This document shows, in pieces, positions 11,290 to 23,534 of a stretch of 64,000 nucleotides of DNA; the stretch's first letter is position 1, and the number at the start of each line of letters is the position of its first letter. The notes under the pieces are model-generated. The model ran no database searches. It was not told where the DNA came from and saw only the letters and a program-made list of their open reading frames with translations. A program made the position numbers and the translations under genes. The DNA is from Nemertoderma westbladi. Taxonomy: Eukaryota; Animalia; Xenacoelomorpha. The stretch is taken from positions 1 through 64,000 of the forward strand of contig JAUCBJ010004959.1 of the NCBI GenBank assembly GCA_032718475.1, in the 5' to 3' direction.

Positions 11290-11514
11290 AGAAGCAATCA
11301 CCTTCCAGAATGCCCCGCAGCTGCTCTACTGTACTTAAGTACTTTCGTAAAACGGATTCTATCAAATATTTTGATGCGGTTTTTTAGGAGAGCTTTACAA
11401 AAACTTTGAGTTTCCCTTTAATACTGAAGTCGTTATCCTAGATAATAAGTAGTATTGTTCTGTCCACAAAATAGAAGAGATTTTCGAAAATTCGTAAATA
11501 ATACGAAAATTTTC

Positions 11515-11853
11515 TAAAGAAAGCCGTAAAGAAAGCCGTCAACGACGCAGTGACGTCACAGTTGTCGTTTAGCCCTGTAGTAACGGTGGAGCCCAGACGT
11601 CGCCGCTTCCATAAGCGCGTCACCGTTACCATACCAACACCAAAGTGGTTTGACCCGAGTAACCCAAAGTCGTTGCGACTTGTTTCCAGTATTGCTGGTG
11701 GCACCTCGGCCTCACATTGGGAAGACATCACCGATAGAAATCCGTTATCCTTCGTTCCAGACGGGTCCACGGTTTCGTTCGAGACCAATCTATCGGCCCG
11801 ATTCTGGTTGGTCAACCAGCCCGGCGATGGTGTCTTCGACGCCGCCGGGTTCG
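11515..11853 (+). pseudogene. Ankyrin fragment (part of the second ZU5), truncated at both ends
   Basis: Matches ~5294-5620 of copy 1. Starts at the common array breakpoint and stops at ...GCCGGGTTCG, then runs into unrelated sequence. Confidence 0.9.
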
Positions 11854-12213
11854 AGGAGGGAGTGTATTCAAGAGCTTTATCGACTTCAGGTGTGACAGAT
11901 CAACCACTTAGCCTTTAGACTGGGGGCTTTCGATGGGGGCTTGTATTTCAGGATGGATGCAAATGGTAATCAAGTGCTTTTTATTATAAGGGCTTGTAGA
12001 TTAACTAGATCTTGAAGTAGACTTGATCAGCGTTTTCATTTTACTCAGTGCTGTGTTTAAGTGTTTTGAATTTTTGGGTTTTCAGCGTTTTCATTTTACT
12101 CAGTGCTGTGTTGTTTTGAAATTTAGGTGCATCTACCTAATTTTATTGTATATTTTATTTAATTATAATAAAGGGGCCGAGCCCTATCTCGGATGATGAA
12201 ATGAAAATGAAAA
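11854..12213 (+). mobile_element. Probable 3' end of a non-LTR retrotransposon with (TGAAA)n tail
   Basis: T-rich UTR-like sequence with an internal ~45-bp duplication, AATAAA at ~12168 and tail GATGATGAAATGAAAATGAAAA. A similar AATAAA plus (TGAAA)n tail ends the LINE at ~49533. Confidence 0.5.
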
Positions 12214-12259
12214 TATGGGACAAGCAACGAATTGTATAAGACTTTGTATACCATTTAGT

Positions 12260-12650
12260 ACAGAAGAATTTGAAGGGACTTTAAGTTAACTTTGAAAGTC
12301 CTCAGGAAATATCTGATCATAGGAGTATAAGCTCAAAGGATGCTATGCCTGAGCATATAGACGACTTATGTTACCTGGGATCATGGATCCGGAAGTCAGG
12401 TGAGGACCTTGGAATATGTAATGGAAAGGCATGGACAGCCTTGAATAGGCTTTTCAGGATTTGTAAGTCGCACAGAATACATCGGAAACTTAAGGTCCAA
12501 TTATTTAGAACAGCACTATAGTTACAGTACTCCTATATGGGAAAAAAAATTAAAATAAATTTATTTGGGAGTCCATGCTGGGCTCTAACTACGGAGGACA
12601 GCAAATCTCTGGATGGCATATTCACAAGAATGCTACGCCGGGTTCACTGT
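12260..12650 (+). mobile_element. Duplicate of the intronic RTE LINE fragment
   Basis: Near-identical to 3470-3860, carried along with the duplicated intron 3' part (12214-13044). Confidence 0.8.
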
Positions 12651-13044
12651 GTCAAGTACAATGTGAAGTACAATGTACAATTTGGAGAGATATGAGATAT
12701 TAATTTCAAGAAAAATTACGCGATTCCTAAATAAGTACAATGCACACATCTCTAATCGGACACTATATTACATTGGAGGTGTCTCATTGGTTCCCCTAAG
12801 CTTGACACTAGTAGTTTAATTTCATTTAATGAAATTAAATTTTGACTTCTTGCAGTTGTTGTGTCATAGCCTTCTAAACACGGTTTTGAAAGCCATTTGT
12901 TGTAAATATTCCACACTAAGCAGCAGCTTGGTCTACGTGATCGATCAGGTATTCCTTGCCTTAATAAGCCTAAAAAATTTCCAATTCATATTCCACTCTT
13001 AATGTATTCCTTTTAATTTAATCTATTTATAATTATATTTCCAG

Positions 13045-16000
13045 GTTCCCGAGGTTGTAGAAGAAGACGAGTTGATACAGGAAGATGAGACAGATGTTGT
13101 CCAGCATGCGGCGCCCCCCGAGGTCTCTACTGAGGAGATAAAGACGATGGGCGACGACTCACTCCCGCTGATTCGCGTAGCCGAGGTCCCGACATTGGCA
13201 CTCCCACCACCGATGGAACGCGGTTCCAGACCTCGTTCCTCAACCGACTCGTTCCGCTCCTACGAGCAGTTCCTCACGGACTCTCGTCCAGACAGCGGGA
13301 CCAGCGACCTATCCAGGGTGTCTGGGACTTCTCGACTGTCCGCGAGTTACTACGGGGACGTTTTCTTTAACATTGACGATGGCGCGACGAGGGCATTGTA
13401 TTCGTCCGGGAGCAGCGGAAGCGATAATGTTTACCAGTCGGGTTCATTGCGCGCCGGAGGTTTCCTTATAAGTTTTATGGTTGACGCGCGAGGTGGTACA
13501 ATGTGTAGCGCGCGGCAATGCGGTGTGCGCATTGCGGTGCCCACAGGACGAGCCGCGGCACCCACTAGGGTGACCTGCCGTTACGTAAAGTGGCACAGAC
13601 TCCCGGTTCCCCCGCCGCTGATGGAAGGAGAGGGTCTTGCCGCTCGGGTTATCGAGATGGCCCCCGCGGGGATGGCCTTATTGGGTCCCGTCTCGCTGCA
13701 GGTGCCTCACTTTGCGTCGCTGCGAGGTCGCGAGCGCGAGATCGTGGTGCTGCGATCCAACGACGGCTCCCAGTGGGTCGAACACTTCTCCCACTGTACC
13801 CGGGAGGAGATCGTAGAGACAATTCGATTCTCTGATGACAATGAGATTGCAGACAATGAGAGGAGTGACGACAACCAGTCGACTAGAGTTACTCGAATCA
13901 TCACTAAGAGTTTCCCGATGTATTTTGCATTGGTGACGCGAATTCGTCAAGAAACTAAAATAATCGACGAGGAGGGAGGTGTTATATCATCGACTGTCGT
14001 CCCGAAGATATTAGTTTCGATTCCTGAAGGAACATTGAAGAAGGAGATAACAGTAGGGCTGCAAGTCCAGCCAGTTTGCGATGACCTCGTAAAGAAAGCC
14101 GTCAACGACGCAGTGACGTCACAGTTGTCGTTTAGCCCTGTAGTAACGGTTGAGCCCAGACGTCGCCGGTTCCATAAGCGCGTCACCGTTACCATACCAA
14201 CACCAAAGTGGTTTGACCCGAGTAACCCAAAGTCGTTGCGACTTGTTTCCAGTATTGCTGGTGGCACCTCGGCCTCACATTGGGAAGACATTACCGATAG
14301 AAATCCGTTATCCTTCGTTCCAGACGGGTCCACGGTTTCGTTCGAGACCAATCTATCGGCCCGATTCTGGTTGGTCAACCAGCCCGGCGATGGGATCTTC
14401 GACGCCGCCGGGTTCGCTCATCTCGTCCACAAGGAGTTGGTCCCGGTGCCCTACATGGCCAAGTTCGTGGTCTTCGCGAAACGTCACGACCCGCACGAGG
14501 CCAGGATGCGCGTGTTCTGTGTGACCGACGACAAGGTGGATAAAACGTTGGAGCGGCAGGAACATTTCGAGGAGATCGCGAGAAGTCGTGACGTCGAAGT
14601 TCTAGAAGGTAAACCGCAGTTTATCGAATGTGCCGGAAATCTCGTCCCGGTTCTTAAATCCGGGGAGCTTCTTCGGTTGAACTTCTTCGCGTTTCGGGAG
14701 AATCGTTTGGCTTTCTTCCTTCGCGTGCGGGACATGGAGACAGATGCTGCGGGCCGGTTGGGTTTCTTCCGGGAGTCGAGAAGTTCTGCGTTGCGTCGCC
14801 AGGAGACCCCAGTGCCGGTGTGCAGCCTCAACGTGACGCTCCCTGAGCATGACGGCTCCCAACCGATCGGACCGCTGGTCGTCAACTTTGCATCATTGGA
14901 TCTCCGACGACGGCGAGCTTCGCTCAACGAGATGGGTCTGAGTCCGAACTCGTCGTACGAGCGGGCGCAGTTCCGGTTGCAGGGCATCGCGGAACACCTT
15001 GGCGTCGATTGGAAGCCGTTGGCGATGCGTTTAGGGTTGGGGAGGGAGTTGGTGGAGAATCTAGAGAACCAGTACGGGAAGGAGCACGCAGCGGCTGCTT
15101 ACGCTATGCTGCACTACTGGGCCGAGAGAGAGGGAGTGGAGGCGACTGGTAAGCGTTTGGGTGACTCCCTCACCGCCATAGGACGGGACGATATAAACGC
15201 TGTCTGTATGGGACGGGTGTTCAAGTTTAGGAAGACGGTTATAGATGATATCACTTACGAGACATTAGAGAGAGATGCAAGGGGGCGAGCATCGATGGCA
15301 ATGATGGCACCACCTAGAGTAGTTGCGAGACCAGAGTCGACCTCCACAAGACCAGATTCGACCTCCACAAGACCAGATTCGACCTCCACAAGACCAGAGT
15401 CGACCTCCACTAGACCAGAGTCGACTTCCACTAGACCAGAGTCGACCTCCACTAGACCAGAGTCGACCTCCACTAGACCAGAGTCGACCTCCACAAGACC
15501 AGAGTCGACCTCCACTAGACCAGAGTCGACCTCCACTAGACCAGAGTCGAACTCCACTAGACCAGAGTCGACCTCCACAAGACCAGAGTCGACCTCCACA
15601 AGACCAGAGTCGACCTCCACAAGACCAGAGTCGACATCCGCTAGAATAGAGTCGAGATCCACACGATCTCAATATTCCACCACTAGAACAGAATCTTCCT
15701 CAATTAGAATAGATTCTACCTCAGTAATCACGGCACCACCCCAAGTATACGAGGTTGTATCGCAGGTAAAGGAGAATGTGCAACAAGAAAACGAAAATGC
15801 GCCACAAAAAAACGAAAATGCGCTACAAGAAAACGAACAAGTGAATGAAATTGCACCACAAATGAGTTCCATAAATATGAAATTAAACACGGCACCAACA
15901 GAGCAACTAAATATCTCTGTCGTGGGTGGTTTACCTCCAGATCCACCAAAACGGACGGCCCCCTTGTCTCCTGCGTACATCGACATTGGGAGACTAGTGT

Positions 16001-16698
16001 TATACGACGAACCCAGCGTCCCCCTGCGAGTCAGCGAGGAACCCAGCGCCCTCCAGCAGGTCGGAGAGGAACTGTTTACCGAGTCGCGCCCCCAACGTGC
16101 CAACACCGCTCCCCAGCTGTCCCTCGACGACGAACCCTTTGTGGACGACGTGGACTCTGCCGCCGCGGTGGACTGGTCCTTCTGGTGTCCGCCGGCTCCC
16201 GGCTCCTCCGCCAGCTCCGACGACGAGGCCTTCCGGAGAGCCGTGGAACCTCTGGACAACGTCGAAGAAGATTGCGCGTTTGTGACGTCAGTCCGCGCTG
16301 CCCCCATCGCCATGCAACAACGCGTCGCCATGGAGACTGTGGAGCACACTAAGCGGAAGATAACCCGGGTGATACTCGTCGATAAGGAAGGGTTGAAGCG
16401 AGAGATTGTGTTGGAAGATGGGAAGGTTGCGGACGATATCAGCGAGGAAGACCGAGAGTTGGTGAGCCGAGCGATGAACCCCGGAGGTGACGAGGATAGT
16501 GACGTCACTACAACGCGAAGGATCGTGGTCCGTCGGCAGGTGGTGAAGCGAACGGTGATACGTGACGGCGAACCCCCCGAGGAGAGTGTAACCGTGACAA
16601 CGGACGGGCCTTCGCCCGAGACCCTCAGATCCGATCTGCAACAGGTGGTAGACAGCTTTATGGACCCGGTCGGTGGTCATACCGAGTCGGAAGTCTAA
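13045..16698 (+). CDS. Ank: Ankyrin terminal exon, copy 2 (complete, open, with its own acceptor and ~830 bp of intron)
   Basis: tttccAG|GTTCCCGAG at 13044/13045. The 1208-aa ORF is nearly identical to copy 1 with 6 extra RPESTST units and scattered substitutions. Expression is not shown. Confidence 0.7.
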   Translation, partial: VPEVVEEDELIQEDETDVVQHAAPPEVSTEEIKTMGDDSLPLIRVAEVPTLALPPPMERGSRPRSSTDSFRSYEQFLTDSRPDSGTSDLSRVSGTSRLSASYYGDVFFNIDDGATRALYSSGSSGSDNVYQSGSLRAGGFLISFMVDARGGTMCSARQCGVRIAVPTGRAAAPTRVTCRYVKWHRLPVPPPLMEGEGLAARVIEMAPAGMALLGPVSLQVPHFASLRGREREIVVLRSNDGSQWVEHFSHCTREEIVETIRFSDDNEIADNERSDDNQSTRVTRIITKSFPMYFALVTRIRQETKIIDEEGGVISSTVVPKILVSIPEGTLKKEITVGLQVQPVCDDLVKKAVNDAVTSQLSFSPVVTVEPRRRRFHKRVTVTIPTPKWFDPSNPKSLRLVSSIAGGTSASHWEDITDRNPLSFVPDGSTVSFETNLSARFWLVNQPGDGIFDAAGFAHLVHKELVPVPYMAKFVVFAKRHDPHEARMRVFCVTDDKVDKTLERQEHFEEIARSRDVEVLEGKPQFIECAGNLVPVLKSGELLRLNFFAFRENRLAFFLRVRDMETDAAGRLGFFRESRSSALRRQETPVPVCSLNVTLPEHDGSQPIGPLVVNFASLDLRRRRASLNEMGLSPNSSYERAQFRLQGIAEHLGVDWKPLAMRLGLGRELVENLENQYGKEHAAAAYAMLHYWAEREGVEATGKRLGDSLTAIGRDDINAVCMGRVFKFRKTVIDDITYETLERDARGRASMAMMAPPRVVARPESTSTRPDSTSTRPDSTSTRPESTSTRPESTSTRPESTSTRPESTSTRPESTSTRPESTSTRPESTSTRPESNSTRPESTSTRPESTSTRPESTSTRPESTSARIESRSTRSQYSTTRTESSSIRIDSTSVITAPPQVYEVVSQVKENVQQENENAPQKNENALQENEQVNEIAPQMSSINMKLNTAPTEQLNISVVGGLPPDPPKRTAPLSPAYIDIGRLVLYDEPSVPLRVSEEPSALQQVGEELFTESRPQRANTAPQLSLDDEPFVDDVDSAAAVDWSFWCPPAPGSSASSDDEAFRRAVEPLDNVEEDCAFVTSVRAAPIAMQQRVAMETVEHTKRKITRVILVDKEGLKREIVLEDGKVADDISEEDRELVSRAMNPGGDEDSDVTTTRRIVVRRQVVKRTVIRDGEPPEESVTVTTDGPSPETLRSDLQQVVDSFMDPVGGHTESEV
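15328..15642 (+). repeat. Coding 21-bp VNTR, 15 core units (same array at 22164-22478 and 27321-27635)
   Basis: Direct count, consistent with 1208-1166 = 42 aa = 6 extra heptads. Confidence 0.95.
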
Positions 16699-18417
16699 CT
16701 ATTTAATAGTTTCATTATTTTAGCTACTATAAATTATTACTATTTAAATTCGTGTTTTAAATAGCGGCTCATCAGTTTATTGCAGTTTTTTCTAACTACT
16801 TAAGGTTTTTAATTTAGTAATTAATAATTAATAATGTGCTTTTTAGAAAATTGATTCTACATATTTTATTTATTTAAATTGTGTAAGTAGAATTTCCAAC
16901 CTTTATGCATTAAATTGTCGCAGTGATCACATACAATAATGTTGTGGCCTTGTAGATAGTTTGTTTATCTTACATTAGTTTTTTAGCATTAATATAATTT
17001 TCTACCTCGTTAGTTTTTACTTAATAAATACAACTGGATGACATATTCGCTATGCCCCCCCCCCCCCCCCCCCCCCAAATAGATTAATTTTAAATAGTGC
17101 TATTAAATTTGCCTTCTATATCACTTCCTCAACTACAATTTTAATATTTTACTTCATTTCTTTACTTTCAATGCCTTATAATGTACAGGTAATGCCGATT
17201 AATGGCGTATCAATTTAGTGCAGTTTTGTTATCAATATATATTTTTTAGTTTGTAGGAATGGGTTGATTTATATATATATTCTGTGCATGAGCTACTTAA
17301 ATATATAGAATATTTAATTTTTTTCTAATACTTTATAAATATTTTGTTATACTCTATTCTAGTTTATAGTATTTGTTTTTAAATATTATATTAGTGATAA
17401 CTTTATGCAATTTTCTTAGATATTCATATTCAGCAATTATTTATTTACTTACAATATTTAGCATGAGTTCTATTATTGGCGCAATATTTGCAATTAATTA
17501 AGAATTTTAATTAGCATAGTCAATTAATTGAATTGTAATATAATTTCAATTTTGCTTAATAAAACAGGTCGCTTTCTATTAATATAATGGTATGATTCTC
17601 ATTTATTCCGCTTCTCGCGTAAAGAAGAAAAAACAAAGAAACACCCCGACTGGGTAAGACATCATTTCAACTGTATTGCCTACTCGCCCTCTCGAGAACT
17701 GCTGCGTTCCACGGCGCAAATCCTGTTTCAATCTTTAGACAGTCTACATCTGTACAATGTTTGGTTTAATTTCATCAAAGATTAACTGAGATATTAGCCT
17801 TCAAATATTTGCCTATTTGATATCAGGGGTGTTGTATAAATACTTGGGAATGGTGGGAGGAGGGTGGGTGGGGAGGTGTCTCTCTGTATTAAAGTGCAAC
17901 ACCAGACCCTGTCACCCCATCCGTAGCTCTATAGTTACACTTACATTCATCGAAAGTGTGGGTTATTTCCGTTACAAACTATTAGCAAGACTAGCAATAA
18001 TACATAATGGCGACAGAACAAATGAAAATAACATAATTATACCATAAATACCATACTTTAATTTTTAATAATTAATAATACACATTTCCGGGTGGGATCC
18101 AGGCTCCTCTAATAAGTGTTGAAGGATTTGAGAGATGAGGTGGATACGTTGTCTTTATAATGACATGGTTCTTAACACTTCATTTGTTGCGAATAAACAT
18201 AGAAATAAACACATTCTTTGAAACTTTTAGAAACTTTCATTTAGTCTGCTTGTTACGATATATCGATATACCGAAACAGCCCATCATACAGTATAAAATA
18301 AATTAGATAAGTATAATACGTAATTATAGTATAATTAATTAGATAAGGTAAATAAAATCTACAAGTTCATTTTATATTCATTTAATTTTATACAGTATGT
18401 AGCTTTAAATACGTATA

Positions 18418-20091
18418 TCTATATATATAAATATCCTCTGTCTGTCTGTGAGTCTGTGAGTCTGTGAGTCTATGAGTCTGTGAGTCTGTCCAAGCTATAC
18501 GCTCCGACACACGAGCACCAATCTGAGCGAATGATACATCGATCGAAAGCTCTCGTCCCGAGCACGTAAACTATCGCTATCTCGAGGCTTATTTTACGCG
18601 TTTGCTTGCGTGAATGCGTATTTTGTATTCGCTACAACATGTTGTGTGATAAAATCTCAAAGTGATTCGAATATTCCTTTTGGCAGTACAGGCCTGGCAA
18701 AGCTGAGAGTTAGTTAGCAAGGCAGCTAGCTACTTGCAGACCAATCATAGGTGGCCTGCAGCAGGCTGGGTTGGTTAAGTAGTAATCTCAATAAATAGGA
18801 CCCAGCAGGAGAGTGGAGTGGATCTACTGTGATTGGTTCTTGACTTACATTGGTAAGAACAAGCAGTAAATCTTAGATTAGCTTTTTTTCAGTTCACATA
18901 TTGTTTATAATCATAAACACAAAATGATTCAATTATTCATTTTTGCAATGTACCGGATGGGTGCTAGCGAGGTAGGCCTAGCAGGTCGTCAGTCCGTCAT
19001 CCTACAAGTTGGATCTTGACTCTATCATGTGCGTGCACCTATATAATGCAGACCATCCTCAGCCCGTGAACATGAATTGTAAAGGCTATCTCGAGGCTGA
19101 TTTTTTACACATTTACTTGATACTTGCATGAATGCGTCTTTGAGGAAAATTGCATTATTCTGCAGTTGTTTTGTTATCGGAGAAATTACTGATCAGCAAG
19201 CAGGAAATTATAACAGCAGTTATTGCATCATCGTAACCACTCTGCTGACACTTTGCAGAATAAATTCTACCTGACCATAGCTGCGTGTTGGGAGGACGCC
19301 GACCAGTTTGCAGTTCTTCAGTCTGCCACTAGGAGGCGAAATGTCTGAAAGTGAAAATCTTATCCTATCTTGTTATTAATAATGATTTTTAGCTGAGACT
19401 TAGGTCCTTTACACAATATGTTTATAATGTTTTTTTTGCTGATACCAAGCAGAGTATACTACACCGTAGGGTGTGTATTTGGGCTTGGGGAGACGATGAC
19501 TAATCTTCAGTTCCCCAGTCTGCCGCTATTAGGGGATGAAATGTCTGAATGAGGAAACCTACAATTTTGTTGTTTATGAATACTTTTTTGCTGATACTTG
19601 GCATTTGGCAGAGGACTACTACACCATAGTCGTCATGTTTGGGGAGGACGCTAACCAGTGCATAATTATGCAGTCTGCCACTAGGGGGCGAAATGTCTGA
19701 AATTAAAACCTTCCATTTTAATACGATAGAGTTGCTGCAGTGACCTACTGCACTATAGGTTATGTTTGCGAGGACGCTAACCACTACTCTGCAGTTATAC
19801 AGTTTTCCACTAAGGGGAAAATATTACACACAGTTTAAACCTTTTCACATTTTATTATTTGTAATCCATTGGAGGTGTTACTTGGAAGGTATCTACTACA
19901 ACATAAAGCCTTATGTTTATTATTGTATGTACTGTAGCTGCAACTAAAACGGGATCAGTCTGTTAGTCTTATGTAAAGTTTTGTTAAGTTAATTAATTAA
20001 TTTATTTATGTTTGATATTGTCCATTGATTGATTGATTGTATAGAAGCTTGTGAACTAGAAAGCCGTGGCCGAAGGCCACGGGCTTTCTAG
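18418..20091 (+). mobile_element. Non-autonomous Helitron (1674 bp), present only in the copy-2 flank
   Basis: 5' TC(TATATATATAAAT), (GAGTCTGT)n microsatellite, 3' hairpin GTGGCC-GAA-GGCCAC then CTAG. Inserted between A and T with no TSD. The empty site TACGTATA|TTTTATAATAAAACC is seen in the other three flanks. Confidence 0.93.
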
Positions 20092-20918
20092 TTTTATAAT
20101 AAAACCGCAGTGTATTAAATTACGGTGGCAAAAACCTATAAATCAAATATATGAATCTGCCATTATATACTGTAATATCTTTTAAATCCAGAGGCGTAGC
20201 GAGGGGGGGGGGTGTTCCCCCGTGCGCACTCACCCAGGGGCGCTGAACCTCCCTCCTCCGAGGAGGGAGGTGAAACTATCTCTGTTTCAAATTTCATGCA
20301 ATCTCATTAAGATTTGTAGAAAAATTTGGGGGAGGGGGGGGGGGGGGGGCGTGTACCTGAATAACGACACTATATTCCAGGACATGGTGTAGCGTCGTAT
20401 GCTTTATTGTTTCTTTCGGTTTATTATATGTTTTGTGAAAAACAGTGAAGGTTGTATAACGACTCCTATGTATGTGCGCGCCTTGTTTTATTGCCCTTAA
20501 AAGGTGCCTTGTAAATATATTATTACTGTATTATTTTTTCATATTCGTTGAAAAATAAACATATGTATTTTCCTTCATAGTAAAGAACACGTCATCGTTG
20601 AGACCACGTTCCGTTCACGGCATGAACTAGATAGATAACCAAGTCGCCTGCGAATAATTTAAACTTAGTAAAGCTACGGCTTTGAGAAGCAATCACCTTC
20701 CAGAATGCCCCGCAGCTGCTCTACTGTACTTAAGTACTTTCGTAAATCGGGTTCTATCAAATATTTGGATGCGGTTTTTTAGGAGAGCTTTACAAAAACT
20801 TTGAGTTTCCCTTTAATACTGAAGTCGTTATATATCCTAGATAATAAGTAGTATTGTTCTGTCCACAAAATAGAAGAGATTTTCGAAAATTCGTAAATAA
20901 TACGAAAATTTTCTAAAG

Positions 20919-23534
20919 AAAGCCGTAAAGAAAGCCGTCAACGACGCAGTGACGTCACAGTTGTCGTTTAGCCCTGTAGTAACGGTGGAGCCCAGACGTC
21001 GCCGCTTCCATAAGCGCGTCACCGTTACCATACCAACACCAAAGTGGTTTGACCCGAGTAACCCAAAGTCGTTGCGACTTGTTTCCAGTATTGCTGGTGG
21101 CACCTCGGCCTCACATTGGGAAGACATCACCGATAGAAATCCGTTATCCTTCGTTCCAGACGGGTCCACGGTTTCGTTCGAGACCAATCTATCGGCCCGA
21201 TTCTGGTTAGTCAACCAGCCCGGCGATGGTGTCTTCGACGCCGCCGGGTTCGCTCATCTCGTCCACAAGGAGTTGGTCCCGGTGCCCTACATGGCCAAGT
21301 TCGTGGTCTTTGCGAAACGTCACGACCCGCACGAGGCCAGGATGCGCGTGTTCTGTGTGACCGACGACAAGGTGGATAAAACATTGGAGCGGCAGGAACA
21401 TTTCGAGGAGATCGCGAGAAGTCGTGACGTCGAAGTTCTAGAAGGTAAACCGCAGTTTATCGAATGTACCGGAAATCTCGTCCCGGTTCTTAAATCCGGG
21501 GAGCTTCTTCGGTTGAACTTCTTCGCGTTTCGGGAGAATCGTTTGGCTTTCTTCCTTCGCGTTCGGGACATGGAGACAGATGCGGCGGGCCGGTTGGGTT
21601 TCTTCCGGGAGTCGAGAAGTTCTGCGTTGCGTCGCCAGGAGACCCCAGTGCCGGTGTGCAGCCTCAACGTGACGCTCCCTGAGCATGACGGCTCCCAACC
21701 GATCGGACCGCTGGTCGTCAACTTTGCATCATTGGATCTCCGACGACGGCGAGCTTCGCTCAACGAGTTGGGTCTGAGTCCGAACTCGTCGTACGAGCGG
21801 GCGCAGTTCCGGTTGCAGGGCATCGCGGAACACCTTGGCGTCGATTGGAAGCCGTTGGCGATGCGTTTAGGGTTGGGGAGGGAGTTGGTGGAGAATCTAG
21901 AGAACCAGTACGGGAAGGAGCACGCAGCGGCTGCTTACGCTATGCTGCACTACTGGGCCGAGAGAGAGGGAGTGGAGGCGACTGGTAAGCGTTTGGGTGA
22001 CTCCCTCACCGCCATAGGACGGGACGATATAAACGCTGTCTGTATGGGACGGGTGTTCAAGTTTAGGAAGACGGTTATAGATGATATCACTTACGAGACA
22101 TTAGAGAGAGATGCAAGGGGGCGAGCATCGATGGCAATGATGGCACCACCTAGAGTAGTTGCGAGACCAGAGTCGACCTCCACAAGACCAGATTCGACCT
22201 CCACAAGACCAGATTCGACCTCCACAAGACCAGAGTCGACCTCCACTAGACCAGAGTCGACTTCCACTAGACCAGAGTCGACCTCCACTAGACCAGAGTC
22301 GACCTCCACTAGACCAGAGTCGACCTCCACAAGACCAGAGTCGACCTCCACTAGACCAGAGTCGACCTCCACTAGACCAGAGTCGAACTCCACTAGACCA
22401 GAGTCGACCTCCACAAGACCAGAGTCGACCTCCACAAGACCAGAGTCGACCTCCACAAGACCAGAGTCGACATCCGCTAGAATAGAGTCGAGATCCACAC
22501 GATCTCAATATTCCACCACTAGAACAGAATCTTCCTCAATTAGAATAGATTCTACCTCAGTAATCACGGCACCACCCCAAGTATACGAGGTTGTATCGCA
22601 GGTAAAGGAGAATGTGCAACAAGAAAACGAAAATGCGCCACAAAAAAACGAAAATGCGCTACAAGAAAACGAACAAGTGAATGAAATTGCACCACAAATG
22701 AGTTCCATAAATATGAAATTAAACACGGCACCAACAGAGCAACTAAATATCTCTGTCGTGGGTGGTTTACCTCCAGATCCACCAAAACGGACGGCCCCCT
22801 TGTCTCCTGCGTACATCGACATTGGGAGACTAGTGTTATACGACGAACCCAGCGTCCCCCTGCGAGTCAGCGAGGAACCCAGCGCCCCCCAGCAGGTCGG
22901 AGAGGAACTGTTTACCGAGTCGCGCCCCCAACGTGCCAACACCGCTCCCCAGCTGTCCCTCGACGACGAACCCTTTGTGGACGACGTGGACTCTGCCGCC
23001 GCGGTGGACTGGTCCTTCTGGTGTCCGCCGGCTCCCGGCTCCTCCGCCAGCTCCGACGACGAGGCCTTCCGGAGAGCCGTGGAACCTCTGGACAACGTCG
23101 AAGAAGATTGCGCGTTTGTGACGTCAGTCCGCGCTGCCCCCATCGCCATGCAACAACGCGTCGCCATGGAGACTGTGGAGCACACTAAGCGGAAGATAAC
23201 CCGGGTGATACTCGTCGATAAGGAAGGGTTGAAGCGAGAGATTGTGTTGGAAGATGGGAAGGTTGCGGACGATATCAGCGAGGAAGACCGAGAGTTGGTG
23301 AGCCGAGCGATGAACCCCGGAGGTGACGAGGATAGTGACGTCACTACAACGCGAAGGATCGTGGTCCGTCGGCAGGTGGTGAAGCGAACGGTGATACGTG
23401 ACGGCGAACCCCCCGAGGAGAGTGTAACCGTGACAACGGACGGGCCTTCGCCCGAGACCCTCAGATCCGATCTGCAACAGGTGGTAGACAGCTTTATGGA
23501 CCCGGTCGGTGGTCATACCGAGTCGGAAGTCTAA
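20919..23534 (+). pseudogene. Ankyrin terminal exon, copy 3: 5'-truncated but open (partial ZU5-C, UPA, DD, tail)
   Basis: Open frame from the breakpoint to TAA. Lacks the normal acceptor, ZU5-N and half of ZU5-C. The first in-frame ATG is 21291 (MAKFVVFAKR, start of UPA). Confidence 0.7.
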
